A stretch of DNA of 35,733 bases from Campylobacteraceae bacterium (GCA_022758985.1 JAEMQC010000007.1:1-35733); one strand, 5' to 3'. Shown: positions 1-8,993, numbered from the stretch's first letter. Notes: generated by a model from the letters alone, not told the origin. Numbers and translations are program-made.

Positions 1-128
1 TTGAATTAGTTCAAAAAGCGGCTTTGAGGTTAGAGGCGCTAATAGGAAATAAAACTAGTTAAAAGTTTGTCGCAGGCATTTGAGGGTAGTTTCGTTTTTT
101 TGATTTGGTGATTATGGTTAGGGATGGT

Positions 129-151
129 GGTAGTCGAGAGAGTCGACTACC
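129..151. terminator. Stem-loop GGTAGTCGA-gagag-TCGACTACC just past the 3' end of the 160..1041 gene; possible weak terminator
   Basis: Perfect 9-bp inverted repeat with a 5-nt loop, read directly, 8 nt from the stop codon at 160-162. There is no clean U-tract on the minus strand, only tttt a few nt downstream on the plus strand. Confidence 0.3.
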
Positions 152-159
152 TAAAAGTT

Positions 160-1041
160 TTAGAGCGCGAATTCCGGTTTTACTATATTGTGTTTAAGAC
201 CAAGTTCTTCGGCGCTAAGACCTAGCGCTAGACCTATCATTTGAGGCAGGTGTAGGATAGGCATGTGCACATCTCTGCCGAGTGCTTTTGAGGCGGATTT
301 TTGTTTGATATCCATATTTAGATGACAAAGTGGGCAAGGTGTGACTATCATATCTGCATTGTTGTCCATTGCATCCACAAGGGCATTTGCCGTCATTTGT
401 ATGGCCGCTTTTGACGATTGAAGGTCTGCATGGAAGCCGCAGCATCTATTTTTTGATGAATACTCAACTGCACTACCTCCTATGGCGTCTATTACTTTTT
501 CTAGCGAAGTAGGCTTGTATGGGTTTTCGCCACCGTTTGCCTGCTCTTGCAGCGCACTTGGTCTTATATTGTGGCAACCATAAAAAGGAGCTATGTTGAA
601 GTCGCTGAGCGGTTTTTCCACCATGCTTTCTAGTTTATCCATTCCGAAATCTTCGATAAGAACATACAGAAGGTGTCTTACTCTGCTAGTGCCTTTATAC
701 TCTAGGCCTACTTCTGCTAATTTTTCGTTTACTTTTGCTCTTAGGGCGGCGTCGGCTTTTAGTTTTTGATCGGCCATAAGCAGGTTTAGGTTGCACGTAT
801 TGCATATAGTTACCAGATCAAGGCCTAGTTTTTCGGCGTAGCAGATGTTTCTAGCATTTAGCACCAAAGACAAAAACTCGTCAAAATCTTGTAGGTGAGA
901 GGCGCCGCAGCACGAAGCCTCTTTTAGTTCGATTAGTTCGATTCCAAGCTTTTTTGCGACCGCTTCAGTCGATTTCATAAGCTCAGGCGTAGAGTTCTTG
1001 GCTGTACAACCTGTAAAAAGAGCGTATTTTAGTCCTGTCAT
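160..1041 (-). CDS. Succinate dehydrogenase/fumarate reductase type-E third subunit (HdrB-like protein with two CCG cysteine-rich domains)
   Basis: 293-aa ORF with two CCG-type motifs (ASCCGASH ... CNTCN; NRCCGFHA ... CPLCH). No predicted TM helices. Lies directly downstream of the Fe-S and flavoprotein subunit genes. Confidence 0.85.
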   Translation of the reverse strand: MTGLKYALFTGCTAKNSTPELMKSTEAVAKKLGIELIELKEASCCGASHLQDFDEFLSLVLNARNICYAEKLGLDLVTICNTCNLNLLMADQKLKADAALRAKVNEKLAEVGLEYKGTSRVRHLLYVLIEDFGMDKLESMVEKPLSDFNIAPFYGCHNIRPSALQEQANGGENPYKPTSLEKVIDAIGGSAVEYSSKNRCCGFHADLQSSKAAIQMTANALVDAMDNNADMIVTPCPLCHLNMDIKQKSASKALGRDVHMPILHLPQMIGLALGLSAEELGLKHNIVKPEFAL

Positions 1042-1050
1042 ATCTCTATC

Positions 1051-2031
1051 CTAATCAAACTTTTGTGTAGAAGACGACTCTACAAGTGTTTTTATTTCGT
1101 CTAGGTTTTCGCTTTTTGGCATATCCCAAGGAAGCACTATTTTGCCGTGAGTCAGCATATCGAACGCCTCCGGCAGGTGTTTCATAACTCCTATGTTGCC
1201 CTCCGAGTATCTAACAAGTTCACCCTCGTCAAGTAGTCCGTGCTTTTCGATGGAGTGCTTGAAACCTACGGCGTGCCTAGTGGCTACGTTGCTCTGTGCT
1301 ACGCCTTGTGCAAATATCTGCGTATGCAGTCTTGTGATTTTACCGATTGGGTCTACGCCTTTTGGACACACCTGTGCACACTCAAAGCATTTTACGCAGT
1401 CCCATACGCCTTTGCCCATTTCGTTTACTATCTCTAGTCTCTCTTTTTTTGCCGAGTCTCTCTCATCTGACGTAAATCTGTAAGCTTTTGCGAACGCCGC
1501 AGGCCCTAGGTACTCTTCATTATACTGCACCGAAGGACAAGAGTAGTAGCAAGAGCCGCATTGGATACAGTAATCGGCTTCGTCTATTCTCTCTGCACTA
1601 TGCGGAGATACTATGTTTTCACTTGTCGGATGTTCTTCTATTTTTGCCTCAAGATAAGGTTTTACGGCGTCATACTTACTCCAGAAATCGGCCTTGTCGA
1701 TAATAAGGTCTTTGATAGCTCTTTTGATATTTTGTGGCTCAATTGTTAGTTCGGTTCCGAAAATCTCGATTAGTTCAAACAGGTTTTGCTTGCAAGCAAG
1801 TACGCCTTTTTGGTTTACTTTGACGGCACAGCTGCCGCAAATACCGTGCCTGCAGCTTCTTCTGTAGCTAAGAGAGCCGTCGATGTCCCATTTGATTCTA
1901 TTTAGGATATCTAGTACGACTTCGTGGCTCTCCACGTTCATTTCATAAGTTTTGTATGCAGGCAAATAGTCGGTCTCGGAGTTAAACCTGAAGACCTTGA
2001 ATGTTACCTTTTTTGTTTTTGACTCAAACAT
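1051..2031 (-). CDS. sdhB: Succinate dehydrogenase/fumarate reductase iron-sulfur subunit
   Basis: 326 aa. 2Fe-2S motif SCRHGICGSCAVKVN..LAC; CIQCGSCYYSCP; and a four-Cys third motif CVKCFECAQVCP. Sits between the flavoprotein and CCG subunit genes. Confidence 0.93.
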   Translation of the reverse strand: MFESKTKKVTFKVFRFNSETDYLPAYKTYEMNVESHEVVLDILNRIKWDIDGSLSYRRSCRHGICGSCAVKVNQKGVLACKQNLFELIEIFGTELTIEPQNIKRAIKDLIIDKADFWSKYDAVKPYLEAKIEEHPTSENIVSPHSAERIDEADYCIQCGSCYYSCPSVQYNEEYLGPAAFAKAYRFTSDERDSAKKERLEIVNEMGKGVWDCVKCFECAQVCPKGVDPIGKITRLHTQIFAQGVAQSNVATRHAVGFKHSIEKHGLLDEGELVRYSEGNIGVMKHLPEAFDMLTHGKIVLPWDMPKSENLDEIKTLVESSSTQKFD

Positions 2032-2045
2032 TTTTACGCCTTTAA

Positions 2046-3752
2046 TTAATAACTTCTAGTCTCAGGAGCGAATTTTCCGAGTTTTACCGGAGCAAGTTCT
2101 AGCCTGATATTATCATTTTCCATATATGCAAATGTGTGCTTTAGGAAGTTTTCATCATCTCTTTGAGGATAGTCTTCTCTATAGTGTGCTCCACGACTCT
2201 CTTTTCTATTGAGCGCACCCTCTACTATGAATGCGGAGAAGTCAAGCATATGCCCGAGTTCTATAGCCTCTTGTAGTTCGGTATTGAATGTTTTTGATTT
2301 GTCGCTGATAGAGATATTTTTAAATCTCTCTCTTAGCTCTTTTAGTATCTCTTTTTGGGCTTCAAGCGTTTTTTGTGTTCTAAATACACCCGCATTAAGG
2401 GTCATACTCTCTTGCAGTTCATTTCTTAGTTTCGTAACGGACTCTTGGCCTCTTGAGTGGAGGATGCCTTCTACTTCCGCCACGGCGGCTTTCGCGTCCT
2501 CCGCATTCGCCGCTCTAAACGATATATTCCCGACCTCTGCTGCCATCTGTTCGCCTACGTGTCTGCCGAAAAATAGCGCTTCAAGTACCGAGTTTGCGCC
2601 TAGTCTGTTCGCGCCGTGCACGCTTACACATGCGCATTCGCCTGCTGCGTAGAAGCCTTCGACGGTTTCATTGATATTTTTTCGAACGTGTCCGTTGATA
2701 TCGGTCGGTATACCGCCCATCGAGTAGTGAGCCGTCGCCTGAATAAGGATAGGCTCTTTTACCATGTCAAGACCGAGGAATGTTATAGCGAGGTCACGAA
2801 GCTCAGGAAGCTTGGCGTTGATTACCTCTTCTCCTAAATGTGTCAAGTCTATATATACGGAGTCTTTGTTGGGACCTACGCCTCTGCCTTCCATAACCTC
2901 TTTTGTGATTGCGCGGCTTACGACATCTCTTGAGGCAAGCTCCATTTTTTGAGGAGCGTATTTACCCATAAATCTCTCGCCAAGGCTGTTGTATAATAGG
3001 CCGCCTTCGCCTCTTGCTGCTTCGGATATTAGGATACCAGTGCCGCTAAGACCTGTCGGGTGGAACTGTACAAACTCCATATCTTCTAGCGGAAGACCGT
3101 GTCTAGCTACGATAGATAGACCGTCTCCGGTATTCGCAAGGGCGTTTGAATTTATCTTATAAGCCCTTGCGTATCCGCCTGTCGCAAACATTACCGCTTT
3201 GGCGTTAAATAGCCTAAACTCCATATCTCTTAGGTTGTACGCAACTACGCCGCTTACTTTGCCGTCTTTATAGATGATGTCGCAAACGTACCATTCATCC
3301 AAAAATAGCACGCCTTCTCTTCTTGCTTGTTCATAAATAGTTTGAAGAAGAGTAAGACCGGTTCTGTCTTTTGCGTAGCAAGCTCTAGGCTTTGACTGTC
3401 CGCCGAAAGGTCTTTGGGCTATTTTGCCATCATCCGTTCTGGAGAATACGGCACCCATTCTCTCTATCCATCTGATAGTTTCAGGCGCTTTTTTGCACAT
3501 AAGTTCGATGGCGTCTTGGTCGCCGATATAGTCGCTACCTTTTACCGTATCGAACTCGTGAAGGGAAGTATCCTCTTCGTTTAGAGCGGCGTTGATACCG
3601 CCTTGCGCTGCACCCGAGTGGCTTCTAAGCGGGTGAAGCTTTGTTAGTACTACCGTCTTTAGGCCGGCTTTTTGGCACTCTCTTGCCGCTGCGCATCCGG
3701 CAAGTCCCGCACCTACTATGACGACGTCATGTTTTTCGATTTTTATATCCAT
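2046..3752 (-). CDS. sdhA: Succinate dehydrogenase/fumarate reductase flavoprotein subunit (no twin-arginine signal)
   Basis: 568 aa. N-terminal FAD fold [14 protein letters not shown], covalent-FAD region [15 protein letters not shown], and HPTG / RGEGG motifs. GAGG RBS about 6 nt upstream of the ATG. Confidence 0.95.
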   Translation of the reverse strand: MDIKIEKHDVVIVGAGLAGCAAARECQKAGLKTVVLTKLHPLRSHSGAAQGGINAALNEEDTSLHEFDTVKGSDYIGDQDAIELMCKKAPETIRWIERMGAVFSRTDDGKIAQRPFGGQSKPRACYAKDRTGLTLLQTIYEQARREGVLFLDEWYVCDIIYKDGKVSGVVAYNLRDMEFRLFNAKAVMFATGGYARAYKINSNALANTGDGLSIVARHGLPLEDMEFVQFHPTGLSGTGILISEAARGEGGLLYNSLGERFMGKYAPQKMELASRDVVSRAITKEVMEGRGVGPNKDSVYIDLTHLGEEVINAKLPELRDLAITFLGLDMVKEPILIQATAHYSMGGIPTDINGHVRKNINETVEGFYAAGECACVSVHGANRLGANSVLEALFFGRHVGEQMAAEVGNISFRAANAEDAKAAVAEVEGILHSRGQESVTKLRNELQESMTLNAGVFRTQKTLEAQKEILKELRERFKNISISDKSKTFNTELQEAIELGHMLDFSAFIVEGALNRKESRGAHYREDYPQRDDENFLKHTFAYMENDNIRLELAPVKLGKFAPETRSY

Positions 3753-3887
3753 TTAAACCTCTATCCGTTAGCATATTGACAAGCTGTCGTGATTATATCA
3801 TCTAATATTTTTAAAATAAGACTAGAAAATGCCTAGTTTTTGGGCCGAATACGTTAATGTTACAAAAACGCACATAGGAATACCGCA

Positions 3888-4709
3888 TTGAATAAAGAAA
3901 AATTTTTTATCAAAAACATCTCAAACTCTAAAATCATCGGTGATGATGGGGCTTTTATAGATGGCTTCGTATATTCGCAAGACGCTTTTTTTGAAAACGT
4001 GCATTTTAAAAAAGAGTGGATGAGCTATGAGCAGATTGGTAACAAAGCGATGCTTGTAAATATCTCGGATGCGATATCGATGAATGCCGTGCCGCTATAT
4101 GCGCTTATCACCGCCGCAATTCCTCCTTCAATGAGTGAAGCCGAGATATTAAGCCTACAAAAAGGGCTCAAAAAAGCGGCTCGAAAATACAACATACAAA
4201 TAATAGGCGGCGACACGATAGCCAACACAAAGTTAGACCTCTCAATCACGATAATCTCAAAAACAGACAGACCTATATATAGAAAAGGGCTAAAAAAAGG
4301 ACAACTACTGGCTTACACGGGAACCTTGGGCAGCTCTTTGCGAGATTTGAACGCTCTTTTTGTTGGTAAGAAGATATCTCCAAACTCTAGGTTTTATGCC
4401 CCAAAGCTCCGTGATGCCTTTATGTATAGTGCGGCCAAGCATATGAGTTTTTGCATGGATATTTCGGATGGGCTATTTAAAGAGCTTGAGAGGGTGAGTG
4501 AAATTAATAGGGTAGGGTATGAGTTTTTAAAACCCATTTCAAAAGAGGTGGGATGTAGCGGCGAGGAGTACGAGCTTCTGTTTGGTTTTGACGAGGGCGA
4601 TTTGTCGAAAATTTTGGAAGTCTCAAAAATTACAAAGACAAAGGTAACGGTATTCGCAAGAGCCGTCAAAGGCTCCTTTGTGTGTGATTGCAAAGAGTGG
4701 CATTTTTGA
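3888..4709 (+). CDS. thiL: Thiamine-monophosphate kinase
   Basis: 273 aa with AIR-synthase-like motifs IGDDGAFI, NISDAISMNA and IIGGDT. TTG is the only in-frame start after the upstream stop at 3855-3857. AGGA sits 8 nt upstream. Confidence 0.88.
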   Translation: MNKEKFFIKNISNSKIIGDDGAFIDGFVYSQDAFFENVHFKKEWMSYEQIGNKAMLVNISDAISMNAVPLYALITAAIPPSMSEAEILSLQKGLKKAARKYNIQIIGGDTIANTKLDLSITIISKTDRPIYRKGLKKGQLLAYTGTLGSSLRDLNALFVGKKISPNSRFYAPKLRDAFMYSAAKHMSFCMDISDGLFKELERVSEINRVGYEFLKPISKEVGCSGEEYELLFGFDEGDLSKILEVSKITKTKVTVFARAVKGSFVCDCKEWHF

Positions 4710-4718
4710 TAAAAAATT

Positions 4719-4744
4719 TGATATAATGTACCAAATAATGTACA
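4719..4744 (+). promoter_or_regulatory. yefM-yoeB promoter (extended -10 TGaTATAAT) overlapping a tandem ATAATGTAC repeat with TGTACC/TGTACA cores; putative autorepression operator
   Basis: TG-n-TATAAT at 4719-4727. TGTACC at 4727-4732 and TGTACA at 4739-4744, centres 12 bp apart. GGAG RBS at 4751-4754 and ATG at 4761. Confidence 0.6.
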
Positions 4745-4760
4745 AAATATGGAGCATAAA

Positions 4761-5009
4761 ATGACTGTAATATCATTTACGGAAGTTCGCAATAACCTCA
4801 AAGCTGTATTTGATGAGGTGGTATCTTCTCATGAGCCTTGTATAGTGACTAGAAAAAACAATGAGCATGTAGTCGTTCTCTCATTGGAGGACTACAACTC
4901 AATGAGCGAAACAAACTATCTGCTATCAAATCCGGCAAACAAAGCTCATCTACTCCGTTCACTAGAGCAGGCTAGAGGCGGCAAAACAGTAAAAGGCGAA
5001 CTTATTTAG
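4761..5009 (+). CDS. yefM: Type II antitoxin, Phd/YefM family
   Basis: MTVISFTEVRNNLKAVFDEV...LSLEDYNSMSETNYLLSNPANKAHLLRS aligns by eye along its length with E. coli YefM. The ATG at 4761 has GGAG 6 nt upstream; the ORF-track start at 4749 has no RBS. Confidence 0.93.
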   Translation: MTVISFTEVRNNLKAVFDEVVSSHEPCIVTRKNNEHVVVLSLEDYNSMSETNYLLSNPANKAHLLRSLEQARGGKTVKGELI

Positions 5010-5269
5010 TGTTGGAGCTACTATTTACGCACGAGGCGTGGGCGGATTATCTGTATTGGCAAGAGACCGACAAAAAAGTAGCCAAAAAAATAAACGGACT
5101 TATAAAGGAGTGCTTGCGAGACCCATATAGCGGCACAGGCAAACCCGAAGCCTTGCGATATGAGCTTGCCGGATGTTATTCGAGACGGATAGATTTGGAG
5201 CATCGCTTGATTTATGAAGTTGTCGGGGAGACTCTTAGGATTATTTCTTGTAGGTATCATTATGAATAA
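5009..5269 (+). CDS. yoeB: Type II toxin, YoeB/Txe family mRNA interferase
   Basis: WADYLYWQETDKK..KKIN.LIKE...GKPE.L...L.G.YSRRI..EHRLIY......L.I.SCRYHY closely matches E. coli YoeB, including the C-terminal RYHY. The GTG start overlaps the yefM TAG (TAGTG). Confidence 0.93.
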   Translation: MLELLFTHEAWADYLYWQETDKKVAKKINGLIKECLRDPYSGTGKPEALRYELAGCYSRRIDLEHRLIYEVVGETLRIISCRYHYE

Positions 5270-5270
5270 A

Positions 5271-5618
5271 TCAGTTTTTTACTCCAAACCCCTCTTTTTT
5301 AAGAAGCTCTCTTAATCTATCTCTATGCTCACCCTGAAACTCCAGCTTTCCATCTTTTATCGCGCCGCCTACGGCAAGCGATTTTTTGAGCTTTGTAAGT
5401 AGCTCTTTTGCCTCTTTTTCGTCAAGATAAAAAATTCCCGCCAGTGTTACAGGCTTGCCGTTTCTTTTTTCCATAGATAGCGCTATTTGGTATTCGTTTT
5501 TTGCTTTTGTCTGCGGCTTTGCGTTGCAAATACATTCGCTTTGGAGTTCTCCGCACTTTTTACATATCGTATCTATCGTGTTATCTGAGCTTTGTAGCCC
5601 CTCTAGTTTAAAACGCAT
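5271..5618 (-). CDS. Translation initiation factor SUI1/eIF1 family (YciH-like)
   Basis: 115 aa. Cys pair near the N-terminus and a SUI1-type C-terminal half (RNGKPVTLAGIF...SLAVGGAIKDGKLEFQGEHRDRLRELLKKEGF). Confidence 0.8.
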   Translation of the reverse strand: MRFKLEGLQSSDNTIDTICKKCGELQSECICNAKPQTKAKNEYQIALSMEKRNGKPVTLAGIFYLDEKEAKELLTKLKKSLAVGGAIKDGKLEFQGEHRDRLRELLKKEGFGVKN

Positions 5619-5757
5619 TCAAAATCCTTTGAGTAAAAAAGTAACAATATATAGTTTTTGTGTCAAAAAAAGATTACTTTTTGAAACATAATTATTCTAA
5701 AAATATTTAAAAGCGGGTAATATTACCAAAACCAAATAGAAAAAAGGAGCTTTTAAA

Positions 5758-8313
5758 ATGGGCTTTATGGAAAACTATAAACAGCACATTGAAGAGAGGG
5801 CAGCCCTTGGCGTTCCTCCTCTAGCGCTTGATAAAAACCAAGTAAGTGAACTAGTAGAACTACTAAGAAGCGAGAAAAAAGCAAACGCAGAACTTGCCGA
5901 CCTTCTTGAAAACAGAGTAAATCCAGGCGTTGATGATGGCGCAAAAGTAAAAGCGGAGTACCTTGCAAGAATCCTTGACGGCTCTGAGGAGTGTGCAAGC
6001 ATCTCAAAGCTTGACGCCGTAAGAATGCTAGGCAAGATGCTAGGCGGCTACAACGTAAAACCGTTAATTAACGCTCTTTGTGGCGATGATACAAGCGTGG
6101 CAAAAGCGGCTGCAAACGAGCTAAAAAATACTCTTCTTGTATATGAGGCGTTTAATGACATCGTTGAGCTGTCAAAATCAAACGTGCTTGCCGAAGAGGT
6201 GCTAAATAGCTGGGCAAATGCCGAGTGGTTTACGAATAAGCCTTGCACGCCAGACGTTATGGAAGTAGTAGTTTTCAAGGTTCCCGGCGAAACCAATACC
6301 GATGACCTATCTCCGGCTAGCGAAGCTTTCACTAGAGCGGACATTCCGCTTCACGCAAACTCTATGCTAAGAGCAAAAATGCCTGACGCTCTAGCGACTA
6401 TAGCGGAGCTAAAGAAAAAAGGGTTGCCTATAGCATACGTGGGCGACGTTGTAGGTACGGGAAGCTCCAGAAAATCAGCGGCAAACTCGGTACAGTGGCA
6501 TCTTGGAGTTGATATTCCAGGTGTACCAAACAAAAGAACGGGTGGTGTTGTAATTGGCGGCGTTATCGCACCTATATTCTTTGCGACATGCGAAGACTCG
6601 GGCGCTCTTCCTATTCAGGCGGACGTTACGCAAATGGAAACCGGCGATGTCATCAAAATAGAGATCAAAAAAGGCGAAATCAGCAAAAACGGCAGCGTGA
6701 TAGCTACGTTCAAACTCTCTCCAAACACCATTCTCGACGAGGTAAGAGCTGGCGGCAGGGTCCCTCTTATCATCGGAAGAGGGCTAACTACAAAAGCTAG
6801 AAACGTACTTGGCTTAGGAGCGGAAAACATATTCAAAAAACCTGAGCAGCCAAAAGATACAGGTAAGGGTTATACGCTTGCGCAAAAAATGGTAGGTAAA
6901 GCTTGCGGCGTTGAGGGTATCAGACCTGGAACATACTGCGAACCAGTAACAATGACGGTAGGTAGCCAAGATACTACGGGGCCTATGACGAGAGATGAGA
7001 TAAAAGAGCTTAGCGCACTTGGCTTCTCTGCCGATTTCGTGCTTCAAAGCTTCTGTCATACAGCTGCTTATCCGAAGCCTTCAGACGAGACGCTGCACAA
7101 AACGCTTCCAGGCTTCATAACATCAAGAGGCGGCGTGAGTCTTAAACCGGGTGATGGCGTAATCCACAGCTGGCTAAACAGAATGGTGCTTCCTGACACG
7201 GTAGGTACTGGTGGTGATAGCCATACGAGATTTCCAATAGGTATATCTTTTCCAGCAGGTTCTGGACTTGTTGCGTTTGCGGCGGTTACGGGCTCCATGC
7301 CTCTTGAGATGCCAGAAAGCGTACTTGTAAGATTTAAGGGCAAAATGCAACCTGGAATAACGCTAAGAGACCTTGTAAACGCTATTCCATACTATGCCGA
7401 AAAAGCTGGACTTCTTACGATAGAGAAGAAAAACAAAAAGAATATCTTCAACGGCAGAATCCTTGAGATTGAGGGATTGCCGACTCTAAAAGTAGAGCAA
7501 GCTTTTGAGCTTAGCGATGCGTCTGCAGAGAGAAGCGCTGCGGCTTGTACCGTAAGACTTGATAAAGAGCCGGTAATAGAATATCTAAAATCCAATATCA
7601 CTCTAATAGAGGCGATGATCGAAGCCGGATACGAGGACAAAGCTACGCTTAAAAGAAGAGCAGACAAAATGAAAGAGTGGCTAAAAAACCCGACTCTTAT
7701 GGAGCCGGATGCAGATGCAGAGTATGCGGCTGTGATCGAAATCGACCTTGACAATCTAAAAGAGCCGCTAGTGGCTTGCCCGAACGACCCTGACTTCATA
7801 AAACCGCTTAGCGAAGTAGCCGGAGATAAAATAGACGAGGTCTTCCTGGGCTCTTGTATGACAAACATCGGTCACTACAGAGCGGCTGGCGAAGTGATGA
7901 GAGGGGAGGGCAAAATAGCCGTAAATACCTTCTGGATAGTGCCTCCGACCAAAATGGACGAAAAACAGCTAATGAACGAAGGTTACTATGAGGTTTACAA
8001 AGCGATAGGCGCAAGAACGGAAATTCCTGGTTGTTCGCTATGTATGGGTAACCAAGCGCAAGCGGCTGAGGGCGCTACCGTATTCTCAACGAGCACTAGA
8101 AACTTCGACAACAGACTCGGTAAAAACACTAGAGTTTATCTAGGGAGCGCAGAGCTTGCTGCTGTGTGCGCAAAGCTAGGTCGTATACCTACCGTTGAGG
8201 AGTATATGAGTGTCGTACCTGCTGCAATTGCAGGCAAAGAGAGCGAAATATACAAATACCTCAACTTCAACGAAATAGAAAACTACAAACTCTCCGAGAG
8301 AGAAGGCAACTAA
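5758..8313 (+). CDS. acnB: Bifunctional aconitate hydratase 2 / 2-methylisocitrate dehydratase
   Basis: 851 aa, collinear by eye with E. coli AcnB ([89 protein letters not shown]). AGGAG lies 8 nt upstream. Confidence 0.97.
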   Translation: MGFMENYKQHIEERAALGVPPLALDKNQVSELVELLRSEKKANAELADLLENRVNPGVDDGAKVKAEYLARILDGSEECASISKLDAVRMLGKMLGGYNVKPLINALCGDDTSVAKAAANELKNTLLVYEAFNDIVELSKSNVLAEEVLNSWANAEWFTNKPCTPDVMEVVVFKVPGETNTDDLSPASEAFTRADIPLHANSMLRAKMPDALATIAELKKKGLPIAYVGDVVGTGSSRKSAANSVQWHLGVDIPGVPNKRTGGVVIGGVIAPIFFATCEDSGALPIQADVTQMETGDVIKIEIKKGEISKNGSVIATFKLSPNTILDEVRAGGRVPLIIGRGLTTKARNVLGLGAENIFKKPEQPKDTGKGYTLAQKMVGKACGVEGIRPGTYCEPVTMTVGSQDTTGPMTRDEIKELSALGFSADFVLQSFCHTAAYPKPSDETLHKTLPGFITSRGGVSLKPGDGVIHSWLNRMVLPDTVGTGGDSHTRFPIGISFPAGSGLVAFAAVTGSMPLEMPESVLVRFKGKMQPGITLRDLVNAIPYYAEKAGLLTIEKKNKKNIFNGRILEIEGLPTLKVEQAFELSDASAERSAAACTVRLDKEPVIEYLKSNITLIEAMIEAGYEDKATLKRRADKMKEWLKNPTLMEPDADAEYAAVIEIDLDNLKEPLVACPNDPDFIKPLSEVAGDKIDEVFLGSCMTNIGHYRAAGEVMRGEGKIAVNTFWIVPPTKMDEKQLMNEGYYEVYKAIGARTEIPGCSLCMGNQAQAAEGATVFSTSTRNFDNRLGKNTRVYLGSAELAAVCAKLGRIPTVEEYMSVVPAAIAGKESEIYKYLNFNEIENYKLSEREGN

Positions 8314-8337
8314 AAGCCTTCTTAGTCTTCTTCCTTT

Positions 8338-8374
8338 ACTCCGTCTTGGCTATAATAAAATGCCAAAACGGAGT
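8338..8374 (+). other. Extended stem-loop 25 nt after the acnB stop (ACTCCGT-c-TTGGC / GCCAA-a-ACGGAGT, 11-nt loop) that includes the GGAG RBS of the next gene
   Basis: Inverted repeat read directly: 12 bp with one C/A mismatch. The loop contains TATAAT (8351-8356). No U-tract follows. Confidence 0.4.
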
Positions 8375-8993
8375 ATAAACTTGCATAAATTCACATTTTC
8401 CATCCTACTTTCAACCTCTATTCTTTTTTCAAACGAGCTCGTTGATGCATTAAAGGGCATAAAGCCTCAAAACAGAGCTGTCGAGACTATATCAAATAGT
8501 ACAAAGCCTACGGAGTGCGACAAGAGTATAGTTGATGCCATAATCGACAATAATCTTTAATTTTTTCGCACCAAAAAAAGAGAGTCTCAAAGAGATAAAC
8601 AGCTGCCTGATTGCGGGAGATATTACGCCGCCAATGATGGCTGCATATAGTGATAGGTCAGCAATTGTAAGGATGTTTTTGGATGCCGGTGTGGATGCGA
8701 ACGAAGTGAATGCTAAAAGATATAGTGCGCTTCATTTTGCGGCTTTTTATGGAAACTACGAGGTGGTTACGCTTCTTTTGGAAAAAGGAGCAAATATAGA
8801 CGCTATGAACGATGCGGGGCAGACGCCGCTTATGATAGCGGCCGCATATGGAAACGCAAAGACGGTAGGGATTTTGATCTCAAAAGGAGCCGATGTTTAC
8901 ATTAGGGATTCGTCAAAGCAGACGGCAAGAGAGCTTGCCGCCAAAAAAGGCAAAAAAGAGGCGCTTGCGGTAATGGATAAGTTTAGGCGGTAG
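8360..8993 (+). pseudogene. Ankyrin-repeat protein with N-terminal signal peptide, interrupted by a +1 frameshift near 8550-8560 (ORF pieces 8360/8381..8560 and 8544..8993)
   Basis: The first ORF encodes a signal-like N-terminus (HKFTFSILLSTSILFS). The second frame is open from 8544 and reads ...NFFAPKKESLKEINSCLIAGDITPPMMAAYSDRSAIVRMFLDAGVDANEVN, so an ankyrin repeat begins before the first ATG (8634). Three further ANK repeats follow (ALHFAAFYGNYEVVTLLLEKGANIDA, TPLMIAAAYGNAKTVGILISKGADV). Confidence 0.55.

Noticed and set aside
3-62. Possible 3' end of a plus-strand gene at the left edge (…ELVQKAALRLEALIGNKTS stop at 60-62)
   Set aside because: Only 19 codons are visible and they carry no diagnostic motif, so they cannot be told apart from a random open frame.
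3829-3891. 20-codon uORF (MPSFWAEYVNVTKTHIGIPH) whose TGA overlaps the thiL TTG start
   Set aside because: It has no RBS and no recognisable peptide features. thiL has its own AGGA at proper spacing. It is most likely a chance ORF in a divergent promoter region.
5690-5712. Possible Fur box (CATAATTATTCTAAAAATA) upstream of acnB
   Set aside because: Only 11 of 19 positions match the GATAATGATAATCATTATC consensus, in a very AT-rich spacer. That is not distinguishable from background by eye, so I mention it only as context for the nearby palindrome.
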